From: Polyangiales bacterium
GTDB taxonomy: Bacteria > Myxococcota_A > Polyangia > Polyangiales > Polyangiaceae
Direction: 5' to 3'
Length of the DNA: 64,000 nucleotides
Assembly (NCBI GenBank): GCA_038231275.1
Contig: JBBRLQ010000025.1
Coordinates: forward strand, 49,973-113,972
Both the position numbers and the translations under genes were made by a program. Positions 15,771 through 24,300 of the stretch are shown in pieces (the stretch's first letter is position 1; each line of letters starts with the position of its first letter). The notes under the pieces were generated by a model, which saw only the letters and a program-made list of their open reading frames with translations, searched no databases and was not told where the DNA came from.

Positions 15771-18533
15771 ATGAGCGCCACGACGAACAACCTCAAGCTC
15801 ACGTTCGCGAACGGCAACGACTCGCTCGACGTCCGCCATTTCTCCGCCCACGAGTCGATAAACGATCTCTTCGAGCTGAGCATCCTCGCGATCTCGGACG
15901 ATCCGGACATCGACATCACCGGCCTCGTCGGCAAGGGCGCCATCTTCAAGCTCGAGACGCCGAACCACCGTGCGCTCTATCCGACGCGCGTGTGGGGCGG
16001 CGTCGTCGCGCACATGTCCCAGGTGCACGCGCAGCCCCCGCCGGGCCAGTCGATGTACCACCTCATGATCGTCCCCGATCTTTGGCGGACGACGCTGCGC
16101 GTGAACAATCGCATCTACGAGCACAAGGACACGCCGACGATCGTCCGCGAAGTCCTTTTTGAGTGGAAGATCGACGTCGTCAACAAGCTCAAGGACAAGT
16201 ACGCGCTGCACGAGTACGTCGTGCAGTACGGCGAGACTGACTACGACTTCGTTAGCCGGCTCCTCGAGGACGCCGGCATCACCTACTTCTTCCATCAGGA
16301 CGCCGACAGCGGCAAGGGCCAGGCGATCACGAAGCTCGTCCTCACCGACAAGCCGACCGACAAGGAGTTCGAGCGCCCCGGCATCCTCGCCTACGCGCAC
16401 CACACGACCCCGCGCTTCGGCGCCGACCCCGACTACTGCACGACGGTCACGCTCACGCAGCGGAACAAGCCCGGCAAGTTCATCCAAAGGGACTTCAACT
16501 TCCGCACGCCGCTTCTGAAGTCGAAGATCGAGTTCGGTTCGGGCGATCCGATCGAGGACAAATACGAGCAGTACGACTACCTGCCGGGCGCCTTCTGGTG
16601 GGACACGAAGAAGCCCGAGAAGGACGTCGCCGACGTCGACAACGCGCCCAACAACGACGAGCAGGGTGAGGGCCCCAAGCTCAGTAGGCGCATCCTCGAG
16701 GCCGAGCGTCGCCGGCGCATCCTCGTCTCGTTCCACACGAACGCCACCGATCTCGCACCCGGAAAGATTGTCGGCGTCAATCAGGACTCGCCGCACAAGA
16801 ACCACCCGCGCGCGGATCTGGCGCCCGACAAGAAGATCCTCCTCATCGAGACCCACATCGAGGGGCAGCACAACGGCGAGTGGACGATGACCGCCAACGG
16901 GGTCTTCGCCGCCGAGCCGTACCGCCCCGAGCGAAAGACGCCGAAGCCGCGCATCTACGGCATGCAGAGCGCGTTCGTCGTCGGCCCGCCCGGGCAGGAG
17001 ATCTACACCGACGAATACGGCCGCGTGCGCGTGCAGTTCCACTGGGACCGCGAGCACAAGTACGACAAGGCGTCGTCGTGTTGGGTCCGCGTCAGCCAGA
17101 ATTGGGCGGGCGGCAGCTTCGGCATGATGAACATCCCCCGCGTCGGGCACGAGGTGCTCATCGGCTTCTACGAGGGAGATCCCGATCGCCCGGTCATCAT
17201 GGGCCGCGTCTACAACGAGACCTCGCCGGTGCCGTGGACGCTGCCGGACAACGCCACCAAGAGCGGCTGGCGCAGCAACTCGCTGCCGACCAAGACCAAG
17301 CTCGGCTACAACGAGCTCTCGTTCGAGGACGCCGCCGGCAAAGAAGAGATCCACCTCCAGGCCGAAAACGACCTGTCGTACGTCGTCAAGAGCACCGAGA
17401 CGATCAACATCGGCAACTCACGCTCCGCCAAGGTCGGCAAGACGGAGAAGCTCGACGTCTTCAAGTTCAAGGCGTCGCACATCGGCGAGTCGGAGACCAT
17501 CGGCGTCGGTGAGCACTTCGTGCTGTCGGTCGTCACGGACACTGGGTACGAGATCAAGGACAAGTCGATCGCGTCATCGACCGGCAAGGAGCAGGCGAGC
17601 CTCACCCTCGTCGGGGGAGACATCTCGTTCAACGCCGCGGCGCAGCTCGTCATGCGCGCGGGCAAGGGCATCCAGATCACGTCGTCGGGCGGCGACATCA
17701 AGGTGCAAGGCGGCTCGCAGGTCCGCGTGAACGATCACGAGGAGGGCGGCGACCCGAAGCTAGACCACGTGCCGCCGTACGATCCGCCGGCCGCTCCGAA
17801 GGGCGGACCCAACGGCACCAAGCCGGTCATCCCGAGCGGGCAAGGCTCGTTCGACAAGCCGGGGCAGCTCGAGGACGTCAACACGGATCCCAAGCCGCCG
17901 CCGGAGACCACTGCGAAACCAGGGGCGCCCGGGGACGCGGCGGCGGCCGGCGCGGCGGCGCCCGCAGCAGCCGCGGACGGGAAGAAGACCATTTCGTTTC
18001 CGGACAACGTCTGCAAGCAGTTCGGACAGCAGATGAAGGACAGCTTCCCCGGCGGGAAGAGCCAGGAGCACGGCGGAATTCTCGTCACAGACGCCGATGG
18101 GAACATGCAGCTACGAAACGCCGGGGCGGGTCTGGACCCGAAAGGCGGATCGTGGTCGCCGAACCGCACCGTGGAGAAGGGCGACACGACCCTCGGCCTC
18201 TTCCACACCCACCCGTACGACAAGAGCGAGGGCGGCTACTCCAACGTCTCGTTCAGCGGTCAGGACGCGGCGCTCGTGGCCAACTCGTCTCCCGAGACCA
18301 TGACCGTCGTAAGGAGCGGGGATGGCCTCTTCGTCCTCAAGCCTACGGCGAAGACTCCGCACGACATCGACTACGAAAAGACGAACAACGATACGAACCG
18401 GCGGATTCAAGAGCTCGTCACCGGCGGGATGGCCTTCGATGCCGCGAGCCGCAAGGCGACCTTGGAGAACGCGAACAAGCTGAACATGGAATACTATGAG
18501 GGGCAGAACTGTACCGCGACGCAGGTCAATTAG
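15771..18533 (+). CDS. vgrG: Evolved VgrG with C-terminal JAB/MPN-like (JAMM motif) domain
   Basis: VgrG core motifs. C-terminus EHGGIL...GLFHTHPY...SFSGQD fits E...HxH...S..D. Confidence 0.92.
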   Translation: MSATTNNLKLTFANGNDSLDVRHFSAHESINDLFELSILAISDDPDIDITGLVGKGAIFKLETPNHRALYPTRVWGGVVAHMSQVHAQPPPGQSMYHLMIVPDLWRTTLRVNNRIYEHKDTPTIVREVLFEWKIDVVNKLKDKYALHEYVVQYGETDYDFVSRLLEDAGITYFFHQDADSGKGQAITKLVLTDKPTDKEFERPGILAYAHHTTPRFGADPDYCTTVTLTQRNKPGKFIQRDFNFRTPLLKSKIEFGSGDPIEDKYEQYDYLPGAFWWDTKKPEKDVADVDNAPNNDEQGEGPKLSRRILEAERRRRILVSFHTNATDLAPGKIVGVNQDSPHKNHPRADLAPDKKILLIETHIEGQHNGEWTMTANGVFAAEPYRPERKTPKPRIYGMQSAFVVGPPGQEIYTDEYGRVRVQFHWDREHKYDKASSCWVRVSQNWAGGSFGMMNIPRVGHEVLIGFYEGDPDRPVIMGRVYNETSPVPWTLPDNATKSGWRSNSLPTKTKLGYNELSFEDAAGKEEIHLQAENDLSYVVKSTETINIGNSRSAKVGKTEKLDVFKFKASHIGESETIGVGEHFVLSVVTDTGYEIKDKSIASSTGKEQASLTLVGGDISFNAAAQLVMRAGKGIQITSSGGDIKVQGGSQVRVNDHEEGGDPKLDHVPPYDPPAAPKGGPNGTKPVIPSGQGSFDKPGQLEDVNTDPKPPPETTAKPGAPGDAAAAGAAAPAAAADGKKTISFPDNVCKQFGQQMKDSFPGGKSQEHGGILVTDADGNMQLRNAGAGLDPKGGSWSPNRTVEKGDTTLGLFHTHPYDKSEGGYSNVSFSGQDAALVANSSPETMTVVRSGDGLFVLKPTAKTPHDIDYEKTNNDTNRRIQELVTGGMAFDAASRKATLENANKLNMEYYEGQNCTATQVN

Positions 18534-19224
18534 CCTCCTCGCCGCTGTGATTGCGTCGGCCGCATGTGCCGCCGGCGCGCCGAGCCCCCCCACCGCGGGC
18601 GAAGGACCGAAGATGCTCCCCAACGACATCACGAAACTGGAGCTTGTCACACGGCGGGGCAACTTCCGCGAGGTGACGGAGATCTCACCGAAGGAGCTCG
18701 TCCTTGTCGCGGAGGACGTCGACGACGGCGCCCTTCCCGTCGTACGGACTACCTGGAAGGGGGACTACCTCCACGGCCTTCCCGCAACGCTAAAGGACCT
18801 GAAGAGCGCCCGCGAGGAGACCGACCCGGAGTACTGGCACGAGCTGAAGTTGACGTTCTCCGCCGAACATCCCGTGGGCTTGCTATGGGGGAGCGGCTCC
18901 GAGGACGCGGGGCACCGCGCGTTCCGAGAGGCGATCGCAACCGTGGCCGGCCTCCGGTACAAGGAGGCCGAACGCCTTCTCGAGTCGGGGCGCAAGGCTA
19001 GCGCGGCCGGTAAGTTCGAGGATGCCTCCCTGGAGTTCAAGCGGGGCATTCGGGTCCTTGGCAACCTCTATTGGGAGCCGAAATCGCTGGACCACACCGG
19101 CCAAAAGCTCGTCGCGGCCTACGCCCTCGCCCGCGACGGCCACAAGGACGTCGCCGCCTCGACGCAAGAGCGAGTGCTCGAGACGCGCCTGAAGGGATAC
19201 CTGGCACGTCAGCTCCCGCACTGA
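18496..19224 (+). CDS. Candidate immunity protein for VgrG3, probable lipoprotein/exported
   Basis: Overlaps the vgrG3 3' end. Basic N-terminus, hydrophobic stretch, then ASAAC; helical C-terminus. Start uncertain. Confidence 0.65.
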   Translation: MRGRTVPRRRSISLLAAVIASAACAAGAPSPPTAGEGPKMLPNDITKLELVTRRGNFREVTEISPKELVLVAEDVDDGALPVVRTTWKGDYLHGLPATLKDLKSAREETDPEYWHELKLTFSAEHPVGLLWGSGSEDAGHRAFREAIATVAGLRYKEAERLLESGRKASAAGKFEDASLEFKRGIRVLGNLYWEPKSLDHTGQKLVAAYALARDGHKDVAASTQERVLETRLKGYLARQLPH

Positions 19225-19252
19225 CGCGCGGAGAGCTATAAGAGGGCCGTCG

Positions 19253-20251
19253 ATGCCCTTCGCTAACGCCACCCCCTTCGCGGCCCTCGACGTCCCGATG
19301 CTCGATCGCACCGGGCGCGAGATGGTCGTCGTCATCGTCAAGGCGACGTTCACGCTGGGCAAGGGGGCCAAAGAGGGCAAGCTCGTCCCCGCCGACGAGC
19401 CCGCGCCGGTTCGCGTCACCGACGTGCTGCGCGATCCCAAGAACGCCGAGCGATCGAGCGCGCTTTACCCGAGCGATCTGTGCCTCGAGAAGCGCGGTAC
19501 CGATCTCGTCATCGTCGGCAAGGCGGTGTCGAAGAAGAAGGTCACCTACGTCGACGTTGGCATCTCGGCGAAGGCCAAGACCGTCACCTTGCGCGTGCAC
19601 GGCATGCGCGAGTATTTCCGCGGGCTGATGGAGGTCGCGATCAGCGCACCGGTGCCGTTCGAGGAGATGCCCATCGAATGGGAGCGCGCGTACGGCGGGG
19701 CGAGCGAGGACTTCGGCGTCGTCGAGCAGCGCAATCCCGCCGGCGTGGGCGTGGCGAAGAGCGACAAGACGCTCGTAGGCAAGCTCGCACCGCAGATCGA
19801 GCACCCCGGCGCGCCGCACAAGACGTCGAAGGACAAGCACCCGCCCGCCGGCATCGGCTCGATCCTTCCGCATTGGTCGCCGCGCCTCGAGCGCGCGGGG
19901 ACGTTCGACGCGGAGTGGAAGAAGACGAAGATGCCGCTCATGCCGCCGGACTTCGACGTGCGGCACTACAACGTCGCGGCGGCGCCTCTGGTGTTCGAGC
20001 AAGGGCTCGCGCCGGGAGATCCCATTTCGATCTTGGGGATGAGCCCCGATTTGTTCGCCTTCGCCCTCCCTGCCCTGCCGATCTTCATCGAGGCGCGGTA
20101 CGACGAGAAGACCGAGACCGCGCGGCCGCAGGTGGACACCATCTTGATCGAGCCATCAAAAGGGCAAATCGAGCTCGTCGTTCGCAAGGCGTTCCCGGTC
20201 GGGCGCGGACGGTCGGCGCTGCGCGAGCTTCGGGCCGACGTCGATGCCTGA
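19253..20251 (+). CDS. DUF2169 family T6SS adaptor
   Basis: N.TPF...D..GRE..VVIVKATF; SD....K.GTD; WERAYGG; NP.GVG; W.PR...AGTFD..W; P.DFD...YN.A; DTILIEP. Confidence 0.9.
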   Translation: MPFANATPFAALDVPMLDRTGREMVVVIVKATFTLGKGAKEGKLVPADEPAPVRVTDVLRDPKNAERSSALYPSDLCLEKRGTDLVIVGKAVSKKKVTYVDVGISAKAKTVTLRVHGMREYFRGLMEVAISAPVPFEEMPIEWERAYGGASEDFGVVEQRNPAGVGVAKSDKTLVGKLAPQIEHPGAPHKTSKDKHPPAGIGSILPHWSPRLERAGTFDAEWKKTKMPLMPPDFDVRHYNVAAAPLVFEQGLAPGDPISILGMSPDLFAFALPALPIFIEARYDEKTETARPQVDTILIEPSKGQIELVVRKAFPVGRGRSALRELRADVDA

Positions 20252-21329
20252 GCGTGCGATCCACGGGCTGACGGTGCAGGCCTACGCCGCAGTGTACGGC
20301 GCGACCGGCGAGGGGTTCCCGCTCGAGCTCGTGCTCGATCACCTCGGCATCCGGCAAGGGGACTGGCCGGCGATCGACGAGGCGTGGGCCGATGCGCTCG
20401 CCGAGGACGTGGAGGTCGTCGGGCCGCTCACCGGGGAGCTCGAGGCGGCGCTCATGATGGAGCAGGACGCGTACCGCCGCCCGATCCCGCCGCTCGACGA
20501 CGACCTCTCGGCGTGGATTCGCTTCTTTCGTGCGTGGACCGCCGCGGAAGATGGCTCGGTGTTCCTCAAGGCGCGGGGCCTCGAACCGAACGACATGATC
20601 CGCCTCCAGCGCGCCTGGTCGCGCCGCATCGAGGACGAGCCGGCGCTCCAAAAAGATTTGCCGACGCTGATGGAAGAGAAGCTCGGCGCGCCTCCTCATT
20701 TCAAAAAACCCGCGCCCCTCGAGCTCCGCCTCGCGCCACGACGCGCGACGGGCACCATCCGCATGGAGATGCCGAAGCCTCCGCCCCCCGGCGCTCCGTC
20801 GATGCTCGCCGCGATGCCCCCGTCGGCGGAAGGTCCGCTCTTCATTCCGGCTGTGCGCGTCGCGCCGTCGATCGGCATCGACGACGGGCTCGCGACGGCG
20901 GTCGAGACGCGCGCGCTCGTCATCGAAGAGGATCCGACGGAGTCGACGAACGCCTTCGCGCCGGATGCAGTCGACTCGACCGTGACGTTGCCGGGAGAGT
21001 CGAGCCCCTTCGACGCGGTGCGGCTCGGCGACGACTTCGAGCTGCCGCCGCCCGAGAGCGTCATGATGCCGATCCCCGACTCGGTCTCCGAGGAGCTGAC
21101 GCTGACACAGTACTCGTCGCTGCGCGCGGAGCTCGAGGTGTTTCCCGAGAACGAGGAGGCGATCTTCGCCAAATACGGCCTCGCCTCGATGGATCGCCGC
21201 GCGCGCGTCGAGGAGGCGTGGCAGGACCGCCTGGGCAACCAGACGGACACCTACGCCGAGTGGCGTCAGCTTTACCGCCATTTTTCCGAGCATTGGGCCG
21301 CCGTCGCGCGCGCGCAGAGTCCGTCTTAA
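20244..21329 (+). CDS. Hypothetical DUF2169-associated protein with three helical repeat domains
   Basis: 8-nt overlap with the DUF2169 gene; three copies of an L....Y/W.......L/F...GL/GI......W..R/A.L/I module. Confidence 0.75.
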   Translation: MPERAIHGLTVQAYAAVYGATGEGFPLELVLDHLGIRQGDWPAIDEAWADALAEDVEVVGPLTGELEAALMMEQDAYRRPIPPLDDDLSAWIRFFRAWTAAEDGSVFLKARGLEPNDMIRLQRAWSRRIEDEPALQKDLPTLMEEKLGAPPHFKKPAPLELRLAPRRATGTIRMEMPKPPPPGAPSMLAAMPPSAEGPLFIPAVRVAPSIGIDDGLATAVETRALVIEEDPTESTNAFAPDAVDSTVTLPGESSPFDAVRLGDDFELPPPESVMMPIPDSVSEELTLTQYSSLRAELEVFPENEEAIFAKYGLASMDRRARVEEAWQDRLGNQTDTYAEWRQLYRHFSEHWAAVARAQSPS

Positions 21330-21368
21330 CTGGGCATTGTTCCGGGGGCTTCGGCTATCATGGGGGCG

Positions 21369-24300
21369 ATGGCTGATCCGCAGCTCGCGCGGACAATCGA
21401 CCTTCTGACGACCCAGCTTTTGATCCACCCGAACGATCCGCACAAGCGGTTCCAGCTCGGGATGGCCTATCGAAACAGCGGGAACCTTCAGGAGGCGATC
21501 AAGGCGTACAAACGCGCGATCACCGCGAAGCCGGATCACGCCGAGGCGCACTACAACCTCGGCGTCACCTACAAGATGGCCGGCGATTGGGCGAACGCCA
21601 CCGACGCGTGGAAGGAGTCGGTGCGTCACAAGCCCGAGCACGCCGAGGGGCACGCGCAGCTCGCGCTCGGGTTGACGCACCTCGGCAAGGGCGACGAGGC
21701 GATCGACGAGTACGCGCGGACGTTGGAGCTGAACCCCGAGCACGTCGCGGCGCGGCGCGAGATCGGCCTCCTCCAGTACCGTCAGGGAAAGTACGCGGAG
21801 GCGGCGGAGCGCTTATACAAGGCCGCGGAAGCGGAGCCGGAGAACGCGGAGCTCTTCTTGCGCCTCGGGCAGTCGTACAACCGGCTCAAGCGCTACGCGC
21901 CCGCGAAGGCGGCGCTCAAAGAAGCGCTCATCTTGAACGAGGCGTCGCCCGAGACGTACAAGGCGCTCGTCGAGGCCTACGCGCGAACCGGCGAGCACAA
22001 CGACGCCGTGATCGCGGCGCGGAAGGCGGTCCAGCACGATCCCAACGACGCCGAATCGCACGCCGAGCTCGCGAAGAACCTCGCGGCGCTGGAGCGCGAC
22101 AAGGAGGCGATCGTCGCCATCAAGCGCGCGCTGGAGCTGACGCCGGAGGATCCGCAGCTTCACGTGGCGCTCGGCGCGTGCTTGATGCGCCTCAAGGATC
22201 CGACCGCGGCGGAGGCGGCGTACCATGAGGCCGTTCGTCTCGCGCCCGACTCGGCGCCGCCGCACGCGGGCCTCGGCACCGCGATGAACGCGCTCGAGAG
22301 GTGGACCGACGCGCTCGACGAGCTGGAGCTGGCGACCAAGATCGACGCGACCTCGGCCCTCGCGTTCACGAGCCTCGGCCTGACGTACAAGAAGCTGGGG
22401 CGCGTGCCGGAGGCGGTCGCCGCGCTCCATCGCGCGGGAGAGCTCGATCCGGCGGACGTCGATCTGCGGTACTCGATCGCGCTGCACCACATCGAGCTCG
22501 GGCAGAACACCGAGGCGATGGACGCCCTCGCGAAGGTCCTCGAGCTGAAGAAGGACCACGCCGACGCGCTGATGAAGCTCGGCGAGATGCGCGTAGCCGC
22601 CGAGCAATGGGCGGAGGCGATCGATCCGCTCAAGATGGCGGTGAAAATCCGCGCGGAGTTCGGGCACGCGTACCAGCTCTTGGCTACGGCGCTGCGCAAG
22701 CTCGGCCGGCACGCGGAGGCGATCGAAGCGTACAAGCACGCGGCGACGAGCGCGCCCAACGACTTCGACGCGGTGCTCGAGATGGGGCGCAGCCAGGCCG
22801 CCGCCGGGAACGACAAAGAGGCGGCGGCGACCTTCGAGCGCGCGCTCGTGATGAAGGCCGATCAGCCGGACGCGCTCTTCGAGCTCGGAATGGCCTGCGC
22901 GCGCATGCGCGATCACGCCGACGCAATCGACGCCCTCGAGCGGGTCGTCAAGATTCGGCCGACGGACCAGCCCGCCGTGTACCAACTCGGCATCGAGTAC
23001 CACGCCCTCCACCGCCACGAAGACGCGGCCAACGCGATTGAGCGGTCGCTCAAGCTGAAGCCCGGAGACTTCGACGCGCAGCGCCTCCTCGGAATGATCC
23101 AATCCGACGCAGGCAAGGATCAGCTCGCGGTCGACGCGTTCGAGAAGGCCCACTGGCTGAAGCAGAACGACGCCGAGATAAGGCGGCGCACGGGCCGCAG
23201 CCTCCTCAAGCTGGGGCGCACGCGCGAGGCGGTGCAGGCGCTCGAGGACGCGGCGCGCATCGATCCGAACGACGCCGAGACGCACTTCACCCTGGGCCTG
23301 GCGATGAAGGAGCTGAACCGCCCGGCCGACGCGAAGGCGCGCTTCGAGAAGACCGTCGCGCTGGCGCCGACGCGCGCGGAGGCGCACATCGAGCTGGGGA
23401 AATTGCTCGACCACTTCGGCGAGACCGCGCGCGCGACCGAGGCGTTCCGCGAGGCGACGCGCCTGAGTCCCGAAGACGCCGACGCCTACGAGCTCGCCGG
23501 ACACGCGTTCATGAAGATCTCGTCATACGTGGAGGCGGCGGCTGCGTTCAAGCACCTCACGCGCCTGCGCCCCGCCGACGCGGTCTCGCTCTTCGATCTC
23601 GGCAACGCGCTCACGCACACCGAGCAGGATCACGAGGCGGTCGACGCGTTCGAATACGCGGCGCGGCAGCGGCCGAACCACACCGCGACGCACGGCGAGC
23701 TCGCGCGGGCGTACGCGCGGGTCGGGCGCGTCGAGAACGCCATCGATTCGTACCGAAGGGTCCTCGCGCTAGAGCCCGGGACGACGTACGCGAGCCTCGA
23801 GCTCGCGGCGCTCCTCGAGAGCGTGGGCCTCCACCAGGACCGCGTCTCGGCGCTCCTCGCGAGCGTGAAGGCGTCGCCGCACGACGTCCAGGCGCGGCTC
23901 AAGCTGGGCATCGCCTACGACGAGCTCGGCCAGGTGCCCGAGGCGATCGCCGCGCTCGAGGCGGTCGTCTCACGCGATCCGTCGGTCGTCGACGCGCAAC
24001 GCCGCCTGGCGCGCCTGCACAAGAACTCCGGCCAGTACGAAAAAGCGATCCTGGCGTGCGAAGCGCTCTTGCGCCTCGGCGCAGAGGACGCCGAGATGCT
24101 CGTGGATCTCGCGGAGAGCCGCCGCCAGCTCAAAGACAATAACCGCGCCCTCGACGCCCTCCATCAGGCGGTGAAGCTCTCGCCCGATCACGTGCCGGCG
24201 TACCGCCTCCTCGCGGACATCTACGTCGAGCTGGGGATGCACGCGGAGGCCGCGCAGGCGTTCGAGAACGTCCTGCGCCGCGAAAAGACCGACATCCCGG

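Noticed and set aside
9107..17354. Long antisense ORFs opposite the vgrG genes (869, 555, 602 aa), and similar ones opposite tssH, the TPR gene and tssM
   Set aside because: Shadow ORFs expected from high GC3 codon bias. They are Arg/Val/Leu-rich with no motifs, and the opposite strand encodes recognisable proteins.
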